A DNA stretch of 64,000 nt, from NCBI GenBank assembly GCA_963666205.1, contig OY762654.1, positions 2,112,001-2,176,000 of the forward strand, written 5' to 3'. The notes under the pieces were generated by a model. It made no database searches, was not told the DNA's origin, and saw only the letters and a list, made by a program, of their open reading frames with translations. Below are positions 10,646 through 21,171 of the stretch, piece by piece. How positions within the stretch are numbered: position 1 is the stretch's first letter; every line of letters starts with the position of its first letter. Origin of the DNA: Synergistales bacterium (GTDB lineage: Bacteria; Synergistota; Synergistia; Synergistales; JAFGMB01). Both the position numbers and the translations under genes were made by a program.

Positions 10646-10661
10646 ATTTTTTAAAAACAAA

Positions 10662-10693
10662 AAAAGCCGCTGCCTTTTACGACAGCGGCTTTT
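10662..10693 (-). terminator. Intrinsic terminator of the DUF3089 gene
   Basis: AAAAGCCGCTG / CAGCGGCTTTT. Confidence 0.7.
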
Positions 10694-10742
10694 GAACATT
10701 TCGAATTATATCGGTTCGGCGGAGGCTTACGTTCTATCTGCC

Positions 10743-11747
10743 TTACTCGCCGTGGGATTTCATGTAGGAACTGACCCGAAGTTCGGCGTTCCGCCTGAGG
10801 TTGCGGTAGAAGAAGGTGTAGTCGTAGGGGTGGTAGAATCCGGGGATACTCATGGCATCAAGGTCTTCGATATTTGAGGGCGTTGAAATGACAAAAGCCC
10901 CGTTGACAGTCTGTCCACCCGTGTAATGCGGGATATCCATTACACCTGTCTCGGTGAAGAAGACGGCCCCCAGGTTCCTGTCGGCCTGAGCTGACTCTCC
11001 GGTGATTTTCATGGTGAGCGGGTTTACTGCCACAGCTCCCTCGCGAACGATGCTGTAATCCGCGTTCAATCCCTGGGTGTTATAGCTGATGATGCAACCC
11101 GTCTGATCGTGGGTTTCTGCCATCTTCAGGTGGGGATACCGGGCCAGGTCATCCTCTGTAACGGACCAGCCAATGATATAGGCCGCAACCAGTTTCTTTC
11201 TCAGATCCGGGTTGCCGAAGCGCCGCTCCATAAGGTGCAACAGGTGTTCCGATCCCTGGCTATGGCCGGCAAGGATGAATGGGCGTCCCTTGTTCCAGTG
11301 GGCCATGTAGGCGTTGAATGCGGCCTCCACATCAGTGTAGGCTAAATCCAGGGACTGCCTTTCAGGACTGTCCTCGGGAGTGTGCAATACGGCCAGATTA
11401 GCCTGGCGGTAGTAGGGTGCAACGAGGCAGGCAGAAGACGAGAATACCCCAGCCTGGCTCATCATGAGCTCTTTCACCTCGGGGTCGGCGGCCTCTCCCT
11501 CGAGGGACTGGTTCCAGTTATCGTCTCCTCGATAGGTCGTGGGGTGAACGAAGAAGATATCCACCGGATAGGAACGAGAGTCTTCGGGAAGGACGGCCCA
11601 ACTGTCCTGTGAGGAATAATCAGGGGTTGCTGGCACAAGATTCAAGTCGAAAGTATGGTTCGGATCGGCACCGGACGGCCCGGAAAAGCCCAGGACCAGA
11701 ATGAGTGTGCATAATATGAGGAGTGTAAAATCGAGACGTTTGGACAT
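10743..11747 (-). CDS. Secreted DUF3089-family alpha/beta hydrolase
   Basis: Signal peptide; DIFFVHPTTY, APYYRQA, ILAGHSQG, YHPYDY..FY.NL. Confidence 0.85.
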   Translation of the reverse strand: MSKRLDFTLLILCTLILVLGFSGPSGADPNHTFDLNLVPATPDYSSQDSWAVLPEDSRSYPVDIFFVHPTTYRGDDNWNQSLEGEAADPEVKELMMSQAGVFSSSACLVAPYYRQANLAVLHTPEDSPERQSLDLAYTDVEAAFNAYMAHWNKGRPFILAGHSQGSEHLLHLMERRFGNPDLRKKLVAAYIIGWSVTEDDLARYPHLKMAETHDQTGCIISYNTQGLNADYSIVREGAVAVNPLTMKITGESAQADRNLGAVFFTETGVMDIPHYTGGQTVNGAFVISTPSNIEDLDAMSIPGFYHPYDYTFFYRNLRRNAELRVSSYMKSHGE

Positions 11748-11959
11748 GTTGTTTCGCTCCTTTGTTTTATGTATGTTTGAGGTCCAGCGACCATGCCTCA
11801 GGCCGTTGCTCTTCTGGATTCCCCTATTTTCATACGCCTGAAGACCGGTCTCAATGACGGACTCTAGACAGGTGGTTTTTCTATCGGGGAAATGATCCTT
11901 ATTATACTCACGTGTTGCTCTTTTTCAACATGATTACGGTCGTAAGGTTTATATACAGG

Positions 11960-12020
11960 GAAATGGGATCAGGCCTCGCACTCTAGGTTTTATCGTACAG
12001 AAATTCCTCCTCTGCAATTT
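11960..12020 (+). repeat. Degenerate GGGGTCA junction site
   Basis: GAAATGGGATCAGGCCTCGCACTCTAGGTTTT..CTCCTCTGCAATTT, collinear with the 10591 copy. Confidence 0.6.
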
Positions 12021-12178
12021 CTTTAATATTCTTCTGATTTTGTTTTATCCTATTAGCCTGGATATGGTAGGGTATAGCTTATATGGAATGGTTCATTAAT
12101 GGGCTGTGGAAAATTTATCGGAGCAGTCGATGTACTGAATTGACGTGTTTTTATAACAGCAGGGGGTACGAAGATAAC

Positions 12179-13816
12179 ATGACCAGGGTCTGTGATGTTG
12201 ATGTGCTTATCGTCGGAGGCGGACTTGCCGGGTTATCGGCAGCTCTTGTGGCTCGGGAACAATTTCCTGAAGTTGGCCTTGTCTGCAAAAGTAAGGCTGG
12301 AAAGAGCGGGAATACCCTTATCTCTGCCGGGGTCCTGAGTCTTGCAACAGAGGAGGGTGGATACGGAGACGATCCGGCTATCTTTGAAAAGGATATTCTG
12401 GATTCGGGTAGCAAAATAAATAACGCAGAACTTGTTAAGGTCTTTGCTGAAGAGTCAGGGTCTGTAATTCCATTTCTGAGAGAAAATGGAGTGGTATTCA
12501 AGAGCATTGACGGCAAATTCCTGGTAAAACATCCGCCGGGACATTCGATAAGCAGATCCTTTATCGCTGAGTACAAGTCCTGTTCCTACTTTAACAGAGG
12601 ATTGCCTCTGACTTTACCCCTGCTTCAGAGAGCTTTGGAGGGGAGAGTAAAGGTCTTTGACGAAACAACAGTTATAAAACTTCTGACAGACGAAAAAGGA
12701 ATTGTTGGTGCAGTTGCCCTGGACAACAATACGGGTGAAAAGCATCTCTTCAGGTCAAAAGTGGTCATCCTTGCAGCAGGCGGGGGGGCAGGGTTGTTTG
12801 AAAGACACAACAACACTTCCGATGTCTCCTGCGATTCCTGCAAACTGGCATATGAGGCCGGAGCTGTCCTGAGGGATATGGAAATGGCCCAGTTTCATCC
12901 TTCCATGATGTTCGAACCTGTAAAAATGATTATTTCCAATCCACTCTTCGGTGCTGGTGCCGTTCTGAAAAACATTAAGGGCGAGGAGTTCATGTATCAT
13001 TACAGCGAGAAAGGGAACCTTGCTACAAGGGATGTCATGACCAGGGCGATCAAGACTGAGATAGATGAAGGGCGAGGGAATCCCCATTACGTGTTTATGG
13101 ACTGTTCAAAAATTGACCCAGAGGTGCTGGATAAGAAGTACGAAGAACTTTCACTTATTCTTAAACGGGTCGGTCTTGATATAAAGAAAGATGGTATTCC
13201 TATCTGTCACGCGGCCCATTTCTATATAGGCGGAGTGGATATAGACAGAGATTGCCAAACATGTGTGGAGGGCCTTCTTGCATGTGGTGAAGCGGCGGGA
13301 GGTCTTCATGGGGCGAACAGGCTGCCGGGGGTAGCCCTGGCAGAATCGGTTGTTTTCGGCAGAATAGCCGGTAAAACCGCGGCAGATCTCTGTGAAAAAA
13401 GGACAGGAACAGCAACACTTACAGAATCAGTGGATATCCTGTCTGAAAGAAGATCCGGCGGAGTACGGCTGCAGGACCTGATGAAAGACCTCCGTTCAGT
13501 TATGTGGGAACATGCTTCCATAACGAGAAGTGAAGGATCACTGAGTCGTGCAAAAAAAGAACTGGAGCACATAGTAGAGCAGAAGGATCTGGCAGGGGTG
13601 AAGAATATCAGGGATATTCTCTGCTTCCATCAGCTGGAGTCGATGATCTTGGAAGCCCGTATGCTGATTGAGGTCAGTGAACAGCGCAAAGAAAGCAGAG
13701 GTGCTTTTTTCAGGACTGATCACCCTGAAAAGGACGAAAGGTTCCGGGGGAATTTCTTTGTTAAAAAGAATGCTGATGGAGAGATGGAGTGTTGTTTCAG
13801 AAAGGCAAAACCATAA
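12179..13816 (+). CDS. FAD-dependent oxidoreductase, SdhA/FrdA/NadB family
   Basis: VGGGLAG, QFHPS, LATRDV, HFYIGG, GLHGANRL, RKESRG; start taken at MTRVCDV. Confidence 0.85.
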   Translation: MTRVCDVDVLIVGGGLAGLSAALVAREQFPEVGLVCKSKAGKSGNTLISAGVLSLATEEGGYGDDPAIFEKDILDSGSKINNAELVKVFAEESGSVIPFLRENGVVFKSIDGKFLVKHPPGHSISRSFIAEYKSCSYFNRGLPLTLPLLQRALEGRVKVFDETTVIKLLTDEKGIVGAVALDNNTGEKHLFRSKVVILAAGGGAGLFERHNNTSDVSCDSCKLAYEAGAVLRDMEMAQFHPSMMFEPVKMIISNPLFGAGAVLKNIKGEEFMYHYSEKGNLATRDVMTRAIKTEIDEGRGNPHYVFMDCSKIDPEVLDKKYEELSLILKRVGLDIKKDGIPICHAAHFYIGGVDIDRDCQTCVEGLLACGEAAGGLHGANRLPGVALAESVVFGRIAGKTAADLCEKRTGTATLTESVDILSERRSGGVRLQDLMKDLRSVMWEHASITRSEGSLSRAKKELEHIVEQKDLAGVKNIRDILCFHQLESMILEARMLIEVSEQRKESRGAFFRTDHPEKDERFRGNFFVKKNADGEMECCFRKAKP

Positions 13817-13822
13817 CAAGAA

Positions 13823-13963
13823 TTTTACCGCAGAGGTCGCGGAGAAACCCGTAAACCCTTTGTATGACTGAGCAAAATCAGACTAGATTTTTCTCGAGGA
13901 AATCAAGAATCCAGAATCGATTTACCGCAGAGGACGGGGAGGTTGCGCTGAGGTGCGCAGAGG
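13823..13963 (+). repeat. TTTACCGCAGAGG short repeats
   Basis: TTTACCGCAGAGGTCGCGGAG (~13824) and TTTACCGCAGAGGACGGGGAGG..GCGCAGAGG (13921). Confidence 0.6.
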
Positions 13964-14451
13964 AGACCTTATACCATTAACCCGGAACATTATGGTCAAA
14001 AGAAGACCTGTTTTGCCCTTACGGTAATGCAACAAATCCACTTGAAAACTTTGACAATCTTTCCCGTGAATTTTTTCCCATTACCTGGAAAAGGATTTCA
14101 TCATTTTCCTGATGTTACGGGTTTTGAGGACACTTCTTCACAAAGAGACAAAAAGAGGGCAAGAGCTCTTCAACCCCGGACATGTGAGTAAAATGATAGT
14201 TCATTTTACTCATCGGCATTAACATATTCTATCCAGGCTCTTACGATCCTGTCTTCGACTATGTATTATGCCGAAAAAATAATATACATATTTTTTCATA
14301 TGTCCCGGGTTTCAGGGGAAAGTTCGCATGAGGTGCTTAACCCCGATTCATCAGAGAAAATAAAAAACAATCATTAAATCTGGATAGTTACAGGGCTTAT
14401 GACATGTATGTAGCAGATATGCATCACACCTGGTCAGAAAGAAATCGTGCT

Positions 14452-14520
14452 TCTTCTTAACATTTCCAAACATTTCTTAACCCCAAATAAACAGCTTTAT
14501 CTGTATACTTCTGTCCGTAG
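14452..14520 (+). promoter_or_regulatory. Promoter block shared with the Spy/CpxP-like gene
   Basis: 57/69 ungapped identity to the reverse complement of 20839..20907; TATACT -10-like hexamer. Confidence 0.7.
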
Positions 14521-14572
14521 AGCGGAAGTCTGGTTCAAAAACATGTTCTGACTGCAGGAGGGTATAAGAGTT

Positions 14573-15295
14573 ATGAACAAAGCTATAATGAAAATGTCCA
14601 GGTTACAGATTGCAAGAATGGCAGTGCAACTGCTTTTTCTAGGTGTTTTATTTGCAGGGTTATTGCTTAAGATAAAACCGGTGTTGATGGTTTTTCTTCC
14701 GCTGGCACTTTTGTCCGGGTCTTTCTTTTGCGGGTGGATCTGCCCATTCGGGGCGATACAGGATTTCTTTGCTAAAGTTGGCAGTCTTTTTGTAAAACGA
14801 AAATTTAAAATGCCCAGAGCTATCCAGAAATATGCCCAGTATTCGAGGTATGTTCTGGCGATAGCGCTTTTCTTTATGGTCGCGGGAGATTCTATTATCA
14901 AAACGTCAATGAATTCATATTTAACCTTTATATTTACTGCAACGGGGCAAGGTGCTGAGCCCGTAGCGATCGGTATCATGGTTGGCTTCATTATGATCGC
15001 CATGTTCTTTGAAAGGCCCTTTTGCAATTATTTCTGCTCAGAGGGGATCAAATACGGAGTGTTAAGCCTTGGAAGACTGTTCACGATCAGGAGGAATACA
15101 GAAACCTGTATTAATTGTAAGCAGTGTGATAAGTCATGCCCCATGAATATTGAGGTTTCAGCGAAAAAGCATGTAAGAAATGCCCAGTGTGTGAACTGTT
15201 TCGAGTGTATAGATGCCTGCCCGGTCAAGGGAACATTGACCTTTGGCCCGGTTATAAAACTGGGGAAAAAGGATAATAAGGAAAATACGGCATAG
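14573..15295 (+). CDS. Membrane 4Fe-4S binding protein (NapH/RdxA-like)
   Basis: FCGWICPFG, PFCNYFC, CINCKQCDKSCP, CVNCFECIDACP. Confidence 0.88.
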   Translation: MNKAIMKMSRLQIARMAVQLLFLGVLFAGLLLKIKPVLMVFLPLALLSGSFFCGWICPFGAIQDFFAKVGSLFVKRKFKMPRAIQKYAQYSRYVLAIALFFMVAGDSIIKTSMNSYLTFIFTATGQGAEPVAIGIMVGFIMIAMFFERPFCNYFCSEGIKYGVLSLGRLFTIRRNTETCINCKQCDKSCPMNIEVSAKKHVRNAQCVNCFECIDACPVKGTLTFGPVIKLGKKDNKENTA

Positions 15296-15320
15296 TGCTG
15301 TATTCTCCAGAACAGGAAAA

Positions 15321-15447
15321 TCAGGGTCAGGTCTTAACTTGCCATATTTGCTCTATATGCTGCTATATCAATAGTTTTTTAAGTTAAGATTCAGCAATTA
15401 TTCTGGCAAAAAAACCTAAAATATGACAAATCAAACCCTGACCCTGA
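15321..15447. mobile_element. 127-bp MITE-like element with 29-bp GGGTCAG terminal inverted repeats
   Basis: TCAGGGTCAGGTCTTAACTTGCCATATTT vs reverse complement TCAGGGTCAGGGTTTGATTTGTCATATTT (24/29). Confidence 0.7.
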
Positions 15448-15452
15448 GGGTG

Positions 15453-16331
15453 CTAGATGGAATGGCGCTCGGGTACGCTGTCCAGGTATTCGTCGTCCAG
15501 TTCTGCTATCATGTCATCCACTTTTTCGATAGCCCTTTCCCTGTCCATTGGCAGAACTGCATCGAAGGTGGCTGTGTTAAGGGCGTGTATTCCCATGTAA
15601 TAGGTATTCGGAACATCTATGAGTTCGATGAGTTTTTTCTGTTCCTCCAGAACTTCCCTTTCGGTTGCGGGTACGAACCTGCCGGTTTTAACATCTTCTG
15701 CAAGCTGGCTGTCGCCGAAGGCCCCCATGGTAGTTGTAACGACACCAATGGGTTTCGATGCATTGAACAGTTTTGCACTTGCTATGGCATTTTCTATTCC
15801 CTTGCCTGCGCCTGCACCACCGAGAATGTAGGCATCGAAATGCTTTATTCCCGCTTTGTTCAGCCTTTCAAGCTGCTCGCAGGAATCTTTGAGGGTAAAG
15901 CCCTTGTTCATATATTTCAGGGTCTCTTCGTGACCTGTTTCAACGCCGATCCAAAGTTCATCTATCCTGAGGTCATGGAGTTCCCTGAGTTCCTGGTCGG
16001 TCTTGTCCCTGATGTTGTTGATGGAGGAGTACATAGTAATGACTTCCATATTAGGAAAGTATTTGAGTATCAGCTGGGCAATGGGTTTGAGACGGCCGGC
16101 AGAAAGAACAAAGGCATCTCCGTTGACCAGGAATATTCTCTCCAGATCTCCGTAAAGTTCCTTTGCTTCCTGTATATCCTTTTCAACCTGTTCAATGGAT
16201 TCCATGGAAAATTTAACATCTTTGTACATGGAGCAGAAGGTACATTTGTTATGAGCACAGCCCACAGTAACCTGAAGCAGCGGGGTACCTGCTTCATAGG
16301 GTGGTCGATATACGGGTCCTGTAAATTTCAT
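15453..16331 (-). CDS. Radical SAM protein
   Basis: YRPPYEA..LQVTVGCAHNKCTFCSMY (CxxxCxxC). Confidence 0.88.
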   Translation of the reverse strand: MKFTGPVYRPPYEAGTPLLQVTVGCAHNKCTFCSMYKDVKFSMESIEQVEKDIQEAKELYGDLERIFLVNGDAFVLSAGRLKPIAQLILKYFPNMEVITMYSSINNIRDKTDQELRELHDLRIDELWIGVETGHEETLKYMNKGFTLKDSCEQLERLNKAGIKHFDAYILGGAGAGKGIENAIASAKLFNASKPIGVVTTTMGAFGDSQLAEDVKTGRFVPATEREVLEEQKKLIELIDVPNTYYMGIHALNTATFDAVLPMDRERAIEKVDDMIAELDDEYLDSVPERHSI

Positions 16332-16332
16332 G

Positions 16333-17139
16333 TTATTTCTCTAATCCAAGCAGGTCATTGGTGACTGTAATAAGCCTGTCGATCCTGGCTTCGTCATAGG
16401 CATCCCTGTGTGCCGGTCCGAAGGTGCCTTTGTCATTGTCGAAGTACTTGCCTGTAACTCCCTTGTACTCATCGGAGATCGCCAGGTTGTGGAGGATATT
16501 TGCTCCTTTATCGGCTGAGGACCAGTGCCTTCCGTAGGCTTCCTGTACCAGTTTCGTGTTGAGGAGCGAGCCCGGATTTACTGCGATCACAGAAATGTGA
16601 GGGACCTTTCTGGCAAGGTCGAAGCACCACATAGTCAATGCCAGTTTGCTTTGGGCATATGCTTCCTGGACTGGAAGTTCTTCTTTGCCGATGAGGGCTT
16701 CAAGGGAAACAGAGGCCTGTGCGGCAGAACTCAGGCTTATGATCCTTGGTTCATTGCCCTTTTCCAGCAGGGGGAGCAGTTCCCGGGTGAGCAGGAAGGG
16801 AGCCAGGTAGTTGACCACCAGCCTCATATCGATACCGTCTGTATTGAGGGGCTGTGGACTCATGAATATACCTGCGTTATTGATCAGCACGTCGAGTCTG
16901 GCCACTTCGTCCCTGATCTGTTGAGCGAGCTTTCTTACTGAATCCAGGTCCGAAAGATCTCCGGCAAAGCCTGTTACGTTCTGGTTCTGCGCTGCTTCCT
17001 TTATTTCTGAAGTGACTGCAGCGAGTTTTTCGGGGTTCCTTCCATGGAGATATATGGTATGTCCTTCTTTAGCCAGCTTTGTGGCTGCCAGCTTTCCTAT
17101 TCCGTCTGTGCTTCCTGTAATTAATATAGTCTTTTTCAT
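16333..17139 (-). CDS. Short-chain dehydrogenase/reductase
   Basis: TGSTDGIG, NNAG, YAQSK; start at MKKTILITG. Confidence 0.9.
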   Translation of the reverse strand: MKKTILITGSTDGIGKLAATKLAKEGHTIYLHGRNPEKLAAVTSEIKEAAQNQNVTGFAGDLSDLDSVRKLAQQIRDEVARLDVLINNAGIFMSPQPLNTDGIDMRLVVNYLAPFLLTRELLPLLEKGNEPRIISLSSAAQASVSLEALIGKEELPVQEAYAQSKLALTMWCFDLARKVPHISVIAVNPGSLLNTKLVQEAYGRHWSSADKGANILHNLAISDEYKGVTGKYFDNDKGTFGPAHRDAYDEARIDRLITVTNDLLGLEK

Positions 17140-17158
17140 TGTTATTTTCTCGTTGTCT

Positions 17159-19033
17159 TTATGTTTCTTTCGGTTGGTGCTGCGGGTTCTCGGCAGTCCA
17201 GGCCTTGTCGAGTTCTTCCATGTCAGATCCAAGGTCCATGGACATAAGTTCTTCCAGGTCAGAAGAATGCTTCTGATAGGTGGAAATGTAGTTCTCTTCA
17301 TCTTCACAATGTGTTTTGTAGAGTTCAGGCATCATTTTCTGGTCATGTCTGCGGAAAATCCGCATTAGTCTGTATGCTTCGTAGGGGTCGACTCCAAGTA
17401 GCCTCAGGGCATCCTGGCCAAGTGCCAGGGCACTGCCTAAAGTTTCTCTTCTAAGGCTGGTGATCCCAAGATCCATGAGTTCCCAGGCGGAGGAGTGGTC
17501 GTTGGCATTGGCCGCGATTTTAAGGTTCGGGTAGTGTTTTGATGCCAGTTCGACCAGTTTTCTCGAAGGTTCTATATCTCCTATGGTTATGATAAGAAGT
17601 TCCGCTTCGGCTGCTCCTGCTGCTTCGAGCAGGTCGAGCCGGGTAATGTCTCCGTAATACACTTCGAATCCATATTTTCTGAGAACATCCACATTTGCTT
17701 CGTCATGGTCAATGATAACCGGTCTGATGCCTGCTGATATGAGGAAACGGCCCAGATCCGTTCCCAGACGGCCGAATCCTGCAATTATTACTTTATGTCC
17801 ACTACGATCGATAGTATCTGGTTCAACTCTACCTTTTGTCTCTCCTCCTTTGACTTTGATACTGATCTTTTCATAGATCAGGAACAGGAGGGGAGCCAGG
17901 AACATGGAGATCGCCACTGCTGAAATAAGGGGTTCTGTTACCTGGGCTGGCAATACGCCCTGAGTCCTGGAAAACTGGAAGAGCACAAAGGCGAATTCTC
18001 CCCCCTGGGCAAGGGCTACAGAAAAGAGGGCTCGCTCTTTTTTAGTCTGTTTAAAGATAAGTCCGGTTACGACCAGAACCACCCATTTGATAGCTATCAG
18101 AGATACTGTAAGTCCTTCAATGAGAAGGATCTTTTCTCTTATAAAGGTAAAGTTGAGACTGGCCCCTATGGATATGAAAAATATTCCCAGTAACAGACCC
18201 TTGAATGGTTCAATGTCGCTTTCAAGTTCGTGGCGGTATTCGCTGTCTGCCAGAACAACGCCGGCAAGGAAGGTTCCCAGGGCAGGTGAAAGGCCGACTG
18301 CTGTCATGAGCAATGATATGCCTACTACCATGGCCAGTGCGGCAGCTACAAAGATCTCTCTTACCCTTGTGGCTGCAATGGTCCTGAAGATGGGCCTGCT
18401 TGCAAATTTACCAATAAGGAAAACAGACAGTACTGCCAGCAGGGTAACAGCCATTTGCATATATCCGGGGAGTGACCCTATATCGAAAAGAGCAGACTCC
18501 AGATGGCCACCATCATGGATTGCAACGGTTGCAAGGAATGGTAGCAGTGCAAGCATGGGAATGACCGCCAGGTCCTGAAAAAGGAGCACCGAAAAAATGG
18601 ACCTTCCGGTACAGGTGTTCATTAGCCCTTTTTCGCGCAGGGTCTGCAGCACTATTGCGGTCGAGGAGAGGGACAGGGTCAGTCCTACAGCTATAGCCTG
18701 CTGCCATGGCAGGAAGATGAGAGATACTCCTGTAATTGCAATACTTGACAGGAGTACCTGTGTTCCTCCCATTCCCAGTATGGGGGTGCGCATCTGCCAG
18801 AGCAGGGACGGCTTGAGTTCGAGCCCCACAAGGAAAAGCATCATAACTACGCCGAACTCGGTGAAGTGCATTACTTCGTCCACATGACCGATAAGGGAGA
18901 GGCCGAAGGGGCCGATGATGATGCCTGCTATCAGATATCCCAACACTGAGCCAAGGCCGAATCTTTTGGCCAGGGGAACGGCAATGGATGCTGCTGCAAG
19001 GAAAATAAACAGCTGAAGGAGGAAATGTTCCAT
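17159..19033 (-). CDS. KefC/KefB-type CPA2 potassium efflux protein with TrkA-N domain
   Basis: [27 protein letters not shown]. Confidence 0.9.
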   Translation of the reverse strand: MEHFLLQLFIFLAAASIAVPLAKRFGLGSVLGYLIAGIIIGPFGLSLIGHVDEVMHFTEFGVVMMLFLVGLELKPSLLWQMRTPILGMGGTQVLLSSIAITGVSLIFLPWQQAIAVGLTLSLSSTAIVLQTLREKGLMNTCTGRSIFSVLLFQDLAVIPMLALLPFLATVAIHDGGHLESALFDIGSLPGYMQMAVTLLAVLSVFLIGKFASRPIFRTIAATRVREIFVAAALAMVVGISLLMTAVGLSPALGTFLAGVVLADSEYRHELESDIEPFKGLLLGIFFISIGASLNFTFIREKILLIEGLTVSLIAIKWVVLVVTGLIFKQTKKERALFSVALAQGGEFAFVLFQFSRTQGVLPAQVTEPLISAVAISMFLAPLLFLIYEKISIKVKGGETKGRVEPDTIDRSGHKVIIAGFGRLGTDLGRFLISAGIRPVIIDHDEANVDVLRKYGFEVYYGDITRLDLLEAAGAAEAELLIITIGDIEPSRKLVELASKHYPNLKIAANANDHSSAWELMDLGITSLRRETLGSALALGQDALRLLGVDPYEAYRLMRIFRRHDQKMMPELYKTHCEDEENYISTYQKHSSDLEELMSMDLGSDMEELDKAWTAENPQHQPKET

Positions 19034-19034
19034 T

Positions 19035-19643
19035 TTATGACCTCCTTATAGCCGAGTTGAGATCGGTGTTCAGATATTGGCTTCGTTGAACTGTATCGAT
19101 ATCAAGTGTGTCATCCCTCAATGCGATGACAGCACGACGGTAGTCTTCCGCGTGAGCTGTCACAGTTTCATCGGGCAGGCCCCTGTGTATGCCCAGAACG
19201 GTGAATGGTGGCAGCCAGGTCATTCCACAAAGCTTCGCTGTAGCCTGAAATGGGGAGGTCAGCTCTGCGAAAGTAAATCGGTTGAACCCTTCTTTCCTGT
19301 AGGTACTGCTGTCGCCGCCTGCCGTAATAACATGCAGAAAAAGCTTACCCTGCAGTGCATTGCCCAGTGGCCCGTATGCCCAGCCGAATTCCAGTACCTG
19401 GTCGAACCATTCCTTCACGATCGCCGGGGCATAGAACCAGTAGAAGGGATACTGAAATATAATTACATCATGATCTTCACAGAGATCCTGCTCTTTTCTG
19501 ACATCGATAAGAAAATCCGGGTAGGCTGCATAGAGGTCAGTAAGGGTGACACCTTCAAGACCTTCTACTGCAGCACGAAGAGCATTATTGATCCTTGAAC
19601 GTGATCTTGCCGGATGGGCAAAATTAATAAGTATCTTATTCAT
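19035..19643 (-). CDS. KefF/KefG-like NAD(P)H:quinone oxidoreductase
   Basis: [27 protein letters not shown]; adjacent to the kef gene. Confidence 0.88.
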   Translation of the reverse strand: MNKILINFAHPARSRSRINNALRAAVEGLEGVTLTDLYAAYPDFLIDVRKEQDLCEDHDVIIFQYPFYWFYAPAIVKEWFDQVLEFGWAYGPLGNALQGKLFLHVITAGGDSSTYRKEGFNRFTFAELTSPFQATAKLCGMTWLPPFTVLGIHRGLPDETVTAHAEDYRRAVIALRDDTLDIDTVQRSQYLNTDLNSAIRRS

Positions 19644-19887
19644 GATCTGAAGTCTCCTCTTCCAGGGTGCATTCGAATGCCCGGATATGGCGGTTCATCA
19701 GCTTTAAATTCTCCAGAAATTCCTGCTGCACCGTATTTCGGCTATTATCACACAGAATCATATTGTGATCGGACCGTGTATGTTTATTATATATTTATCT
19801 GAAACAAACTGAGCCGCCGCCATACAGGACAACGGCTCAGGGATGAAAGAGGTTTTCCTTGCAGAAACAGTCAAAAGATCTTAGTAA

Positions 19888-19983
19888 TTACACAAACCTG
19901 AGAATTTCATCCACATCTTTGCGCGGTGTGGCTTCGGGATGTTCTTAGGGATAGCTGTAGACGATAAGGGCAGACCTGCGACC
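19888..19983 (-). pseudogene. 3' remnant of a nitroreductase-like gene
   Basis: SALIVYSYP*EHPEATPRKDVDEILRFV* followed by hairpin 19809-19840. Confidence 0.45.
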
Positions 19984-20122
19984 CTGGAAATTGAGTCGTC
20001 ATCGATGATAACGAAAGTTATATGATTCGCTGAAGCAAATCCTATCAATTCAATGAAATCAGGAATGGAATGGGATTGCAGGGAAGAAGAGATCCAGGAA
20101 CCTCTTTTGATAACTGTAGGAA

Positions 20123-20166
20123 AAACAGAAACCGGCACTTCAGATCTGAAGTGCCGGTTTCTGTTT
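20123..20166. terminator. Perfect 44-bp palindrome, probable terminator
   Basis: AAACAGAAACCGGCACTTCAGA|TCTGAAGTGCCGGTTTCTGTTT. Confidence 0.65.
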
Positions 20167-20232
20167 CTATGTGTAACTCATAAAAGCAGCCCGAGATATT
20201 CGGGCGTACTGACAAAAAGAGAAATCACAAGG

Positions 20233-20787
20233 TCAGTTTCTCGGACCTCCTCCAGGGCCTCCTCTTTGTCCCATCTGTGCAAACATCTCAGCCCTGTTCT
20301 GAGCTATCTCGTCTGCAAGGTCATCGTCCCACTGGCCGCTCTCAAACATGTTAAGCAGGGCTTGATTTTCATTTTTCATCTTGCTGGATGTATTTGCTCC
20401 TCCCTGATCGCCGCGGGGGGGATGGTTTCCCATCTGTTCCATGTTCTTTTTAACCTGGACCTTCTGATCGTTTTTAAGAACACTGTTCCACACCTCGAAC
20501 TCGAGCTTAAGCATATCCTTGTGGTAGGACTGGATCTCTTCCTCGTCTCCGTTTTCCATAAGTTCCCTCATATCTTTCATACTGTCTCCCATGATCTCTT
20601 CAGATATTTCCTTTATTTCTGACTTCTGGTCGTTAGTGAGGTTAATACCTTCCAGGGAACGGGGGATCCCTTTTTCTCCCCGGTTCCCTGGGCCGGTTCT
20701 GCCTCCCTGGGCAAAGCTTGCAGAAACACCTGCCAGAAGAAATACTGCCAAAAGAAATAGTGCTGCCACCTTTTTTGTGCTGTTCAT
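20233..20787 (-). CDS. Periplasmic Spy/CpxP-like (LTXXQ) protein
   Basis: Signal peptide; NLTNDQK and VLKNDQK; Gly/Met-rich. Confidence 0.65.
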   Translation of the reverse strand: MNSTKKVAALFLLAVFLLAGVSASFAQGGRTGPGNRGEKGIPRSLEGINLTNDQKSEIKEISEEIMGDSMKDMRELMENGDEEEIQSYHKDMLKLEFEVWNSVLKNDQKVQVKKNMEQMGNHPPRGDQGGANTSSKMKNENQALLNMFESGQWDDDLADEIAQNRAEMFAQMGQRGGPGGGPRN

Positions 20788-20838
20788 AGTTGTGATGTCC
20801 TCCTGTATAGATCATATTCATGGCCTGTACTTACCGAA

Positions 20839-20907
20839 CCATGGACATAAGTCTACAAAGAAAACTGTTTATTGGGGGTTAAGGAATGTTTAAAAATATT
20901 AAGAAGA
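20839..20907 (-). promoter_or_regulatory. Promoter block shared with the 4Fe-4S gene
   Basis: See 14452..14520; TTAAG-type direct repeats at ~10-bp period. Confidence 0.7.
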
Positions 20908-21171
20908 GTTAAGGATAATTAAGGTCTCTGCTGGGGTAAGATATTTTTGATTATTAGACCGAAAACCTTTGTTTCAGGCCTTATGGCCCAATTAATATGG
21001 TGGTCTGTACACGAAAGATTAAAAATCCAAAATCAATTTACCGTTGAGGGAAGTCTGTTAACCCTGTGGAAAAATTTTGCTGGAACAAAAAGCCCCCTCG
21101 CGGTCATGAGGGGGCTTGAAGTATTAAAAGCAATAATCAGAATGGAATGATCTTTCTGGTAACCCTGCTTG

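Noticed and set aside
15423-16364. 313-aa plus-strand ORF
   Set aside because: Antisense shadow of the radical SAM gene.
17140-17307. N-terminal extension of the SDR ORF
   Set aside because: It overlaps the kef gene; the Rossmann motif starts at 17139.
19650-19880. Possible c-di-AMP riboswitch upstream of the kef genes
   Set aside because: No ydaO consensus seen; the hairpin is explained as the terminator of the upstream relic.
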